Shown in pieces: positions 32,202-39,946 of a stretch of DNA of 39,946 nucleotides; position 1 is the first letter of the stretch; each line of letters begins with the position of its first letter. Under the pieces are notes generated by a model that saw only the letters and a list, made by a program, of their open reading frames with translations, made no database searches and had not been told where the DNA came from. The position numbers and the translations under genes were made by a program. Origin of the DNA: an uncultured Tepidisphaeraceae bacterium (GTDB lineage Bacteria > Planctomycetota > Phycisphaerae > Tepidisphaerales > Tepidisphaeraceae); contig CAZCKE010000001.1 in assembly GCA_964499005.1 (NCBI GenBank), positions 1-39,946 on the forward strand, written 5' to 3'.

Positions 32202-33167
32202 ATGGATACAGCTTTAGTTTCGGCTGTTCTGCCGACTTACAACTACGGTCGATTCGTCGGCGACGCGGTTTCCAGTGTTCTGGCGCAGTCGTATCCTCAC
32301 GTGGAAGTGATCGTGGTGGATGACGGGAGCACCGATGACACGCGCAAGCGCCTGGAGCCGTACATGGGGCGCATCCGGTACATATATCAGAAGAATCAAG
32401 GCCAGCATGCCGCCCGCAATGCCGGCATCCAGGCCGCCAGGGGGCAGTATATCGGCCTGCTGGACTCCGACGACATGTGGCATCCGCGCAAGCTCGAATT
32501 GCAGATGAATTACATTGCGAGGAACCCTGATGCGCGGATCGTGGCGTCGAATTTGATCATCGATCTCAGCCGCGGCTGGCCGAGCGTCAATGCCGCCGAT
32601 GAGATCACGATGCGCAAGATTTCCATCGAGCAATTGGTCGTGTGCGCGCGTTTCGCGCCCAGCGGCGTGATCATTCGCAAAGATTGCTTTGACACGGTCG
32701 GATATTTCCGTCCCAACATCGTCGGCGCAGAAGATCGGGACATGTGGATCCGCCTGGCGTCGCAGTTTGAAATCAACTGGCTCGATGCGCCGCTGATGTT
32801 TTATCGCAATCATGGCGGAAATATTTCGACCGCCGCCACGCGCATGGATCGCGTGGACCGGCTGATGCTCGACGGCGTATTCAAAGACATTCAATCCCTG
32901 CACGGCAGGCCGATCCTGCGGCGAAAGGCGTACAGTTACGCCGCCTGCATGGCGAGCTTCCTGTACACCGCGGGTGACAATCATCGCACGGCGATGGCGA
33001 GGATTCTCCAATCGTTGGTCCTCTGGCCTTTTCCATATGAACGCAAAACGCTCAAGGGCACGACGGCCCGGCTGAAGATGTTGGGCGTCATCTGGTTGCG
33101 AATGCTGGGTTTGAAACGGCCGCACGGAAGCATGGCACTTGAAGGGGCGGGAAGCGCGCATGCCTGA
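32202..33167 (+). CDS. Glycosyltransferase family 2
   Basis: VSAVLPTYNYGRFVGDAVSSVLAQSY, VVDDGSTDDT, NQGQHAARNAGI and LLDSDDMW. Confidence 0.9.
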   Translation: MDTALVSAVLPTYNYGRFVGDAVSSVLAQSYPHVEVIVVDDGSTDDTRKRLEPYMGRIRYIYQKNQGQHAARNAGIQAARGQYIGLLDSDDMWHPRKLELQMNYIARNPDARIVASNLIIDLSRGWPSVNAADEITMRKISIEQLVVCARFAPSGVIIRKDCFDTVGYFRPNIVGAEDRDMWIRLASQFEINWLDAPLMFYRNHGGNISTAATRMDRVDRLMLDGVFKDIQSLHGRPILRRKAYSYAACMASFLYTAGDNHRTAMARILQSLVLWPFPYERKTLKGTTARLKMLGVIWLRMLGLKRPHGSMALEGAGSAHA

Positions 33168-34251
33168 GCCAATGGTGAGCGTTATTGTACCGACCTACAA
33201 CCGCGCGCATTGCGTGACGCGCGCGATTGACAGCGCGCTGGCGCAGCAGCGCGCCAGCGTGGAAATTATCCTGGTGGACGATGGGTCCAAAGACAACACC
33301 CGGGAAGTGATTGCCTCGCGATATCAGAACGATCCTCGCGTGAAGTATTTTGCTCAGGAAAATCAGGGCGTGACCGCCGCGCGGAATTTTGCCCTCAGCC
33401 ACGCCTCGGGAGATTTTATCGCGCTGCTGGATTCAGACGACTATTGGAAGCCCTGGAAGCTCTCGGCGCAACTGGCCTGTATGGCGCGCTGGCCCGATCT
33501 GGTCATGACCTGGACCGACATGGAGGCGGTGAATTCGCAAGGCGCGGTGATCGATCCCAGATATATCCGGCGAATGTACCACTGCTGGAGCCGGTTTTCC
33601 CTGGAAACCATGTTTTCGGATCATTCTCCGCTGGCGGAAGTGATGCCGGATTCGGCCGACCCCTTGAAATCGGCGACCTTTCACATGGGAGACGTTTTTT
33701 CCCAGATGTTCATGGGAAGCCTGGTGCATACGTCCACTGTGATGTTTCGCCGGTCCATTCTGGATCGAATCAAGGGTTTTGATTACCGAATGAAGCGAAG
33801 CGGCGAGGACTATGACTTTCATCTGCGCACCTGCCGCGAAGGGCGCGTCGGCTTCCTCGACGTGCCGAGCATCCAATATCAGATCGGCGTTGAAGACCAG
33901 TTGTCGCACAGCAAATACGAAGTTGAAGGGGCGCACAATTGCCTGCTGACGATCACGCGTGCCTATGAAGAAGACCGCCAGCGAATTCACTTGCCGCCCC
34001 AAGTCATCAGCGGCCGATTCGCCGCAGTGCACGCGTGGCTCGGCGAAGCGCTTCTCAACGACGGCGAGCGCCGGCGTTCGCGCGCGGAGTTCTCCAAATC
34101 GCTGCACTACAAGAGCTGGCAGCCGCGCGTGTACCGATTGATGTCCCTGACATTTCTTCCCAAGTCCCTGAGCGAACGAGCGCGGGCTACCTACCGATTC
34201 ATGAAGAAGCCGCACCTGGCGCTGCGGGCTCTGCGCCATCGTCCGGTATAA
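33160..34251 (+). CDS. Glycosyltransferase family 2
   Basis: VSVIVPTYNRAHCVTRAIDSALAQ, LVDDGSKDNT, NQGVTAARNFAL and LLDSDDYW. I prefer ATG 33160, which gives an ATGCCTGA overlap with the upstream stop; the ORF track starts at 33139. Confidence 0.9.
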   Translation: MPEPMVSVIVPTYNRAHCVTRAIDSALAQQRASVEIILVDDGSKDNTREVIASRYQNDPRVKYFAQENQGVTAARNFALSHASGDFIALLDSDDYWKPWKLSAQLACMARWPDLVMTWTDMEAVNSQGAVIDPRYIRRMYHCWSRFSLETMFSDHSPLAEVMPDSADPLKSATFHMGDVFSQMFMGSLVHTSTVMFRRSILDRIKGFDYRMKRSGEDYDFHLRTCREGRVGFLDVPSIQYQIGVEDQLSHSKYEVEGAHNCLLTITRAYEEDRQRIHLPPQVISGRFAAVHAWLGEALLNDGERRRSRAEFSKSLHYKSWQPRVYRLMSLTFLPKSLSERARATYRFMKKPHLALRALRHRPV

Positions 34252-34254
34252 GCC

Positions 34255-35073
34255 ATGACCGATGAAGCCAAGACAACTCCACCGGCGGAAAAAACCGCCG
34301 GCAAACCTGCTTTGTTCCAGCGGCTCGCCCTGGGAATCGCTCTGGGCGCCGTCATCGGATTCGCCATGGACGAGATGGGACTGGGCGTCGTGCTGTTTGA
34401 GGTTCAACATCTGCTCGTGATCGGCACCGGGCTGGGAATCATGCTGGGGTTCTTGAATCTGAGAAAGACGCTCTGGAGCCTGGCCATTGGTTTATTGATC
34501 GCGACGCTGGCTGTCGCCTATACGCCTCTGGCGCCGGCACTGATGCGGGGAATGGATCGTCGGGATGAAATGGGGCCGGTGGATGCCGTTGTGGTGCTGG
34601 GCGGAGGATTCGTCAACTCCCAGGTGATCGGCGCACAGGCTCAGGATCGGCTCTTAAAAGGGCTGGAATTGCTTCGAGCTGGATATGCGCCACGCTTGGT
34701 ACTCACGAGGCCGGGCAAGGCCGGAGCGGTATGGCCATCCCAGGCGCGAGACGAGATGAAAAAACTAAGACAAGATTTTCCTGTGGATGAGGTCGGTCCG
34801 GTGCAAAATACGCACGATGAAGCACTAGCTGTCGCCGAACTTATTCATCAGCGTGGATGGAAGCGAATAATCCTGGTAACGCACTGGTGGCATATGCGCC
34901 GCGCGGCGGCAACGTTTGGAAAAACGGGTGTCAGCATATTGTGCTCACCTTGCCAGGATTCAACCTGTGACCTTGTTACTTACAACGATCCATCAGATCA
35001 TTTGACCGCTTTTTCCGACTGGCTTCACGAAAATGTGGGATACTGCGTGTACCGCTTCCGTGGCTGGCTTTAA
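34255..35073 (+). CDS. DUF218/YdcF (ElyC/SanA-like) family membrane-anchored protein
   Basis: N-terminal hydrophobic spans are followed by DAVVVLGGG ... LLRAGYAPRLVLT ... HDEALAVAELI...KRIILVTHWWHMRRA, the usual DUF218 pattern. Confidence 0.75.
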   Translation: MTDEAKTTPPAEKTAGKPALFQRLALGIALGAVIGFAMDEMGLGVVLFEVQHLLVIGTGLGIMLGFLNLRKTLWSLAIGLLIATLAVAYTPLAPALMRGMDRRDEMGPVDAVVVLGGGFVNSQVIGAQAQDRLLKGLELLRAGYAPRLVLTRPGKAGAVWPSQARDEMKKLRQDFPVDEVGPVQNTHDEALAVAELIHQRGWKRIILVTHWWHMRRAAATFGKTGVSILCSPCQDSTCDLVTYNDPSDHLTAFSDWLHENVGYCVYRFRGWL

Positions 35074-35108
35074 GTTAATGAACAACTAGGGCGGGCAAGG
35101 AACTGACC

Positions 35109-36428
35109 ATGGGTCCGATAAGCAGTGGTGATGCGCGCACAATGAACAACGACGCCCAATGTACGGTCGAGATCGTGAAGGAACCCGTTCGCTTGGCCGC
35201 GATGCGGCAGGAATGGAACGCCCTTTTTGACGCCAGCCCGACGGCATCAGCTCCGCTGCGCTTCGAATGGATATCGGAGTGGTGGCGCATCTTCGGGTCC
35301 AGTTACGGCCAGGGCGGCAAAGGCCTTCGGATCATCGCTATTCGGCGCGGAACGGCTTTGATCGGCGTCCTGCCTCTCTACGAAGCCGTAACGATTCGTG
35401 GCATGTTCAAGCAGCGAACGCTCCGATTCATCTCGACAGGAATGCAGGATTTCGAAGAAACGTGCGCCGAATACCTCGACCTGCTGCATGCGCCGGATGA
35501 AGCGGCAACCTGCATGAAGCTCATCAGCGAAACGCTCCTCAAATCATCTGAGCTGCGGTGGCATGTGCTGGAATTGTCGGATATGTCCGCCAAGTCGCCG
35601 CTGGTGGAACTGGCTCAATCCTTGTCGGGCAGCCGGCTGAAAGTCGAGTTGGAAGACGGCGGCATCTGCTATCTGGCGGATCTCGCCGGCGGAATGGACC
35701 ACTATATTTCTTCGCTGAGCACAAAGACTGCCAAGAAGGTTCGCAAGACCCTTCGTGAATTGCAGGGGGAAGGCGTGCTTTTTGAAGTGGCGCAAACGCC
35801 TGAGCAGGCCGACGAGTTTTTCGATCAGCTTGTCGATCTGCATCACAAGCGCTGGCAAGCCGAAGGAAAGACCGGCAGCTTCGCGCCGCGTCACGCGGAA
35901 TTTCACAAATCTTTGGCCAAACACTTGGTCCCGCAAGGCGGCGTTGGTTTGTTCCGCCTGACGCATAACGGCCAGCCGCTGGCGTTGAACTACGGCCATC
36001 GCGTGAAGACGAAATTCGACGGATATCAGATGGGTACCGTGCGGCAATCCGATGCGGTGCGTAGCCCGGGGGTCGGCCTTTACCTGGCATTGACCTCTCA
36101 TCTCTCGGATCAAGGGGTTCTGCTCTGCGATCACCTCAAGGGGTTTACTCCCATGAAAGGGGAGTATACCGCGGTTCAGCATCCGCTCTCACGTCTGGTC
36201 GTGACGCGGCCCTCGCTGAGCTACAAAGCATTTCGCGCCGCTGATTTTTTCGTGAGAGCCATGAAGAAGGGATTGAAAAAGCTATCCATCACCAAGGAAT
36301 CCGCGAAAGGCGGCGCCGATCTGCCCAAGGACGATGCCGGCGCCGGAGAATCTGGACATGACGCAAAACCGATCACGTCTTCATCGCCAACCAGCGCGTC
36401 GAATCAATGTTCTCTTCGGGGGATTTAA
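35109..36428 (+). CDS. GNAT/FemAB-like acyltransferase of the CelD/BcsL (Acetyltransf_6-type) family, paralog 1
   Basis: W.ALFD.SP.AS.PLRFEW..EWWR.FG, LRFIS.G...FEETCAEY..LLHAP, FFDQLVDLHH.RW..EGKTGSFAPRHA.FH. It has a Ser/Pro/Gly-rich C-terminal extension that paralog 2 lacks. The start could be 35142 instead. Confidence 0.75.
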   Translation: MGPISSGDARTMNNDAQCTVEIVKEPVRLAAMRQEWNALFDASPTASAPLRFEWISEWWRIFGSSYGQGGKGLRIIAIRRGTALIGVLPLYEAVTIRGMFKQRTLRFISTGMQDFEETCAEYLDLLHAPDEAATCMKLISETLLKSSELRWHVLELSDMSAKSPLVELAQSLSGSRLKVELEDGGICYLADLAGGMDHYISSLSTKTAKKVRKTLRELQGEGVLFEVAQTPEQADEFFDQLVDLHHKRWQAEGKTGSFAPRHAEFHKSLAKHLVPQGGVGLFRLTHNGQPLALNYGHRVKTKFDGYQMGTVRQSDAVRSPGVGLYLALTSHLSDQGVLLCDHLKGFTPMKGEYTAVQHPLSRLVVTRPSLSYKAFRAADFFVRAMKKGLKKLSITKESAKGGADLPKDDAGAGESGHDAKPITSSSPTSASNQCSLRGI

Positions 36429-36431
36429 GCC

Positions 36432-37643
36432 ATGGGCAAGTCGATTGCGACCATTCAAAATGAGAGGGCGTCCTCATTACCTTCGGAATCCGTCGGGAGT
36501 GATGGTGATTTTACGATCATCCGGGACGAGGCCGGTTTGGCTCAACTGGAGGGCGAATGGAAAGCGCTGTTTGATTCGAGTCCGGCCGCTTCGCCGCCAT
36601 TGCGGTTTGAATGGGTTCAGGAATGGTGGCGCGTCTTTGGGCCGATCTATGGAGACGGTCCGCAAGGATTGCGCATCCTCACGATTCGCCGCGACGGCCG
36701 GCTGATCGGGATTCTGCCGCTGTACGCGGCCGCGGCCTCGATCTTCTCGGCGCGTCTGCGCCGCCTGCGGTTCATTTCCAGCGGCGCGGCCGAATTTGAA
36801 GAGACCTGCGCGGAATATCAAAACCTCTTGCACGCCCCCGGTGAAGAATGGCATTGCATTCAATCGCTCACATCGGCACTGCTGGATTCCAGGAAATTGA
36901 ACTGGGACGAGCTTGAGTTGTCGGATGTTCCCGAAAATTCACCGCTGCTTTCTTTAGCGGCCACTCTTCACGCGGCGGGACGCTCGGTCAATGTCGAGTC
37001 CAACATAGTCAGTCATCTCACCAATTTACAGCAGGGTGTTGAGGCGTATGTCGCCGGGCTTTCGGCCACAACCCGCAAGAAGGCCCGCAAGATGCTTCAA
37101 CCGATTGACGAAGCAACGGGCCTGAAATTTGAAATTGCGCGAACCGAAGATGAGGCGGGAGTTTTTTTCGACCAATTGGTGGATTTACATCACGAGCGGT
37201 GGGCGCAAGAGGGGAAAACAGGAAGTTTCGCGCCTCGTCATGCCCAATTTCATAAGGCCATGGTGGCTCGATTGGCCGCCAAAGGGGCGGTGGTTTTGGC
37301 GCGGCTTTCATTCCACGATCAGCCGATTGCATTGATCTATGGCCATCGCGTCGGCAAAAAGTTCGATGCTTACCAGATGGGCGTGAGCCGCGAAAAGACA
37401 GCCACCCAAAGCCCAGGAACCCACACGTTTCTCGCGATGATCGCGGCGCTCAACAGAGATGGCGTTGAAATTTATGACCATTTGCCGGGATCAAATCGTT
37501 TCAAGCAGGACTACGCGAAAGACCAGCGCGTTCTGTTTCGATTGCAAGCCGTTCGACCCACGTATCGCCTGGTCGCTTCCAAGGCGATAAGCTTCGGTTA
37601 TCGAATCGTCCGTAAGAGCTTGGCGATCCTGTTAATGACATGA
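36432..37643 (+). CDS. GNAT/FemAB-like acyltransferase of the CelD/BcsL family, paralog 2 (tandem duplicate)
   Basis: Collinear with 35109-36428 along its whole length. More than half the residues look identical by eye, including FFDQLVDLHHERWAQEGKTGSFAPRHAQFH. Confidence 0.75.
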   Translation: MGKSIATIQNERASSLPSESVGSDGDFTIIRDEAGLAQLEGEWKALFDSSPAASPPLRFEWVQEWWRVFGPIYGDGPQGLRILTIRRDGRLIGILPLYAAAASIFSARLRRLRFISSGAAEFEETCAEYQNLLHAPGEEWHCIQSLTSALLDSRKLNWDELELSDVPENSPLLSLAATLHAAGRSVNVESNIVSHLTNLQQGVEAYVAGLSATTRKKARKMLQPIDEATGLKFEIARTEDEAGVFFDQLVDLHHERWAQEGKTGSFAPRHAQFHKAMVARLAAKGAVVLARLSFHDQPIALIYGHRVGKKFDAYQMGVSREKTATQSPGTHTFLAMIAALNRDGVEIYDHLPGSNRFKQDYAKDQRVLFRLQAVRPTYRLVASKAISFGYRIVRKSLAILLMT

Positions 37644-37709
37644 GACGCCTTGCGGAAGACGAACATTACAGTCGCGAGGTTTTAAGCGGCGGCTAAGGTC
37701 GAGTCCGGC

Positions 37710-37747
37710 CGGGCCGGCTCACATAGAACGGGCCGGCTCACATAGAA
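37710..37747. repeat. Perfect tandem duplication of a 19-bp unit (cgggccggctcacatagaa x2) just upstream of the GT4 gene
   Basis: 37710-37728 and 37729-37747 are identical when read directly. Confidence 0.95.
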
Positions 37748-37764
37748 TTTGATGAGGTCCGCAG

Positions 37765-38937
37765 GTGATCGGGCAAGACAGGAGAGATCAAAGCTTGCAC
37801 GTGGTACATGTCATGTTGTCGTTGGACGTCGGCGGTCTGGAGCGCAATGTGCTCAACCAGGCCCGCTATGCGCCCAAGCTCGGCGAGCGCGTGAGTATTA
37901 TTTGCCTGGAGCGTCCCGGCGCGCTGGCGCCGCAAGTGGAAGCGATGGAGGCACGGATCATTTGTCTGGACAAGAAGCCCGGCATTCGCCTGGGGCTCTT
38001 CGGCCAATTGCGCCGAACGTTTGCTGATCTTCGGCCCGATGTGGTTCATACGCATCAGATTGCGACGCTCTTTTATGCCGGGCCGGCCGCTCACTGGGCG
38101 GGCGTTCCGCTGGTGGTTCACACGGAGCACGGCAAGGAACGTTACACGCAGCGTTTTCGGACCCGCATGCTCGGACGCGTTGCCGGCTGGTTCACAACCA
38201 CATTCTTCTGCCTGACCGACGATATGGCCGCGGCGGTGCGCCACAGCCGAATCGTTCCCGACCGCAAAATTCGCGTGATCTTCAATGGCATTGATACGTC
38301 GCAATTCCTGGTCCCCTGTGACACGGAATCGATCCGCAAATTGCTGGGCATTCCGGACGACGCACCGATCATCGGCACCGTCGGCAGATTGACCGAGGTC
38401 AAACGCCAGGATGTGCTCTTGCGCGGCTTCGCGAAGGCCAGAACGAAATTCCCCGCGGCGCACCTGTTGATTTTGGGCGACGGGCCGTTGCGGAAGGAAT
38501 TGGAAGACCTCGCGGCCGAACTCGGGATTGGTTCGAGCGTTCATTTCGCGGGATACCAATCCCCCACGGCACCGTTCATTCAGGCGATGAATGTCTTTGC
38601 ATTGACCAGCCGATCCGAGGGAATGCCGCAGGCGGCGTTGGAGGCGAGTGTGTGCGGGGTTCCCGCGGTGGCGTCACGCGTCGGAGGATTGCCGGAATTG
38701 ATCGATGACGGCAAGAGCGGCATTTTGTTTCCCGTCGGAGATGATGACGCATTGGCGAGCGCGCTCGGTAAGCTCTTGGCGGAGCCGGCGACGGCCCGGC
38801 AAATGGGGCAGGCTGCCAAAGATCGGGCAATCTCGAAATTCGACATCAGCCGCATGGCGGGGGATTACCACCGCCATTTTCTGGAGTGTCTTCCGGCGGG
38901 TTCCTTGCCGCGCCATGTGACTGTCCAGGCTCGATAA
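37765..38937 (+). CDS. Glycosyltransferase family 4 (GT-B, Glycos_transf_1 type)
   Basis: N-terminus is HVVHVMLSLDVGGLE. The C-terminal motif is SRSEGMPQAALEASVCGVPAVASRVGGLPELIDDGKSGILF (E-x7-E region). Start is uncertain: GTG 37765 or TTG 37795. Confidence 0.9.
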   Translation: MIGQDRRDQSLHVVHVMLSLDVGGLERNVLNQARYAPKLGERVSIICLERPGALAPQVEAMEARIICLDKKPGIRLGLFGQLRRTFADLRPDVVHTHQIATLFYAGPAAHWAGVPLVVHTEHGKERYTQRFRTRMLGRVAGWFTTTFFCLTDDMAAAVRHSRIVPDRKIRVIFNGIDTSQFLVPCDTESIRKLLGIPDDAPIIGTVGRLTEVKRQDVLLRGFAKARTKFPAAHLLILGDGPLRKELEDLAAELGIGSSVHFAGYQSPTAPFIQAMNVFALTSRSEGMPQAALEASVCGVPAVASRVGGLPELIDDGKSGILFPVGDDDALASALGKLLAEPATARQMGQAAKDRAISKFDISRMAGDYHRHFLECLPAGSLPRHVTVQAR

Positions 38938-38998
38938 GATCGGTCGGTGTTGAAACGGCCGCGCCAGAACAACGCGTTCGGAAAGTCAGTGGGATTTT

Positions 38999-39745
38999 AT
39001 GAGCGAAGATTTGGCCATTCCATCCAAGCCAATCAATCCGCGCTATTACAGCCTGGACATCTGGCGTGGTTTGGCATGCCTGATGATCGTATTGTTGCAC
39101 GCCTCGTTCCTGTTCAAGACGGAGACGGCGGCGGAGCATCGGCACGATCCCGCATTTGCGCCGAAAATACTGGCGATTTTCACGCGCATGCAAATCGGCG
39201 TGCCGCTGTTTTTCGTGATCAGCGGCTACTGCATCTCCGCGACGGCCGATGCCAGCCGGCCCAAATCCCGAGCGGGACCGGACTATTTCAAACGCCGCCT
39301 TTGCAGAAACTTTCCGCCTTATTGGGTCGTATTGATCGGGGCGATCCTATTGTATGGGATGATTGCGGCAATGCACCCCAGCGCTGCGTCATCGCCGGGA
39401 GCGTGGTACGAGGGCCGCATCCCCGTCATCGGCCATTTTCTGCCGTCACAGTGGTTTGGCAATTTCACATTGACGGAAATGTGGCGCTATCACGTTGCCG
39501 GGGCCGAGGCGAACATGCTGATGTCCCCCTCGTGGACGCTCTGCTACGAAGAACAGTTCTATGTTGTCTGCGGGCTGATTCTGCTCGCGATGCCCCGGCG
39601 GCTGTTTGGAGGTTTGCTGGTGATCTCGGCGGCCACCGCCGTTACGCTGGGGTTCTCCTTCTATCGGGGAACGTACCTTCCGGGGTTTTTCTTCGACGGT
39701 AGTTGGCTGGAGTTCCCGGCCGGCGGCTTTCTCTATTCTTGCTAG
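38999..39745 (+). CDS. Acyltransferase family 3 (O-acyltransferase) membrane protein, probably 3'-truncated
   Basis: Typical N-terminus YYSLDIWRGLACLMIVLLHA, then VPLFFVISGY and SWTLCYEEQFY. At 248 aa it is about 100+ aa shorter than usual family members. It stops exactly where the composition turns AT-rich (39745). Confidence 0.7.
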   Translation: MSEDLAIPSKPINPRYYSLDIWRGLACLMIVLLHASFLFKTETAAEHRHDPAFAPKILAIFTRMQIGVPLFFVISGYCISATADASRPKSRAGPDYFKRRLCRNFPPYWVVLIGAILLYGMIAAMHPSAASSPGAWYEGRIPVIGHFLPSQWFGNFTLTEMWRYHVAGAEANMLMSPSWTLCYEEQFYVVCGLILLAMPRRLFGGLLVISAATAVTLGFSFYRGTYLPGFFFDGSWLEFPAGGFLYSC

Positions 39746-39854
39746 AATAAAACCTGTAAGGTGGAAGCGTTGAGTTATGCGTCAAGAAGAAATTAATAAG
39801 CTAAATGAGCCGTACACCAATTCTAGAGTTGAAATAGACCGTAGGTTTTATTCT
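39744..39854. repeat. 12-bp perfect inverted repeat (agaataaaacct / aggttttattct) bracketing about 87 bp at the AT-rich junction
   Basis: 39744-39755 and 39843-39854 are exact reverse complements when read directly. Confidence 0.8.
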
Positions 39855-39946
39855 TCTATTGGGGCTGACGTTCCGGGCGCGGGGCATCTGGTCAAGGAAA
39901 TATTTAACGATCTTGACGAAAAATCATTCGGGGTTTCATGGTGGAA
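39777..39946 (+). CDS. Partial hypothetical ORF running off the window (MRQEEINKLNEPYTNSRVEIDRRFYSS...)
   Basis: ATG at 39777 and open to the window end (56 codons). AT-rich codon usage unlike the neighbouring cluster. No motif recognised. Confidence 0.3.
   Translation, partial: MRQEEINKLNEPYTNSRVEIDRRFYSSIGADVPGAGHLVKEIFNDLDEKSFGVSWW

Noticed and set aside
32214-34410. Long minus-strand ORFs (32214-33161, 315 aa; 33433-34410, 325 aa) opposite the GT2 genes
   Set aside because: The plus-strand frames contain complete GT2 signatures (VDDGS, DxD and others) and are translationally coupled in an operon. The antisense translations are Arg/His/Ala-rich with no motifs.
38947-39702. 251-aa plus-strand ORF overlapping the acyltransferase in another frame
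   Set aside because: The 38999 frame gives hydrophobic helices and acyltransferase-3 motifs. The alternative frame is Arg/Gly-rich.

Overview
High-GC bacterial chromosomal window, probably Planctomycetota. That guess is an inference from giant FN3/PKD proteins, an N-terminal 'LEPLENRLL' motif and CGYDLR...CPECG zinc ribbons. I ran no database searches; every call comes from reading the translations and the DNA by eye.

Layout:
- (1) 1-11241: the 3' 11.2 kb of a giant FN3/PKD repeat protein whose 5' end lies outside the window. Its C-terminal part becomes AT-rich at about 9430.
- (2) 11261-15430: small genes, a displaced 'orphan' copy of the giant gene's C-terminal module with a different tip (lytic-transglycosylase-like), and a third orphan fragment. 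Together with (1) this looks like a polymorphic-toxin/immunity cassette array on an unusual carrier, and it is my top candidate for an undescribed system.
- (3) about 15431-16707: an rve/DDE insertion sequence that truncates the third orphan.
- (4) 16896-22652: a translationally coupled membrane protein plus a 1039-aa TraD/VirD4/HerA-type P-loop NTPase with a possible C-terminal nuclease-like domain. A large serine recombinase with an odd G-poor 3' tail follows. This may be a defence or DNA-transfer module on an integrated element.
- (5) 22838-26127: a LOG-family gene, a GNAT gene, and a convergent secreted beta-helix/Ig-like protein.
- (6) 26478-39745: a Wzx/Wzy-type polysaccharide cluster. 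It holds a sugar dehydrogenase, Wzy/O-antigen-ligase-like protein, flippase, three GT2 genes, DUF218, two tandem CelD/FemAB-like GNATs, GT4 and an acyltransferase-3.

The cluster ends abruptly at an AT-rich junction. No rRNA, tRNA or CRISPR array was seen. Most other ORFs in the six-frame track are antisense or out-of-frame artefacts of high GC.
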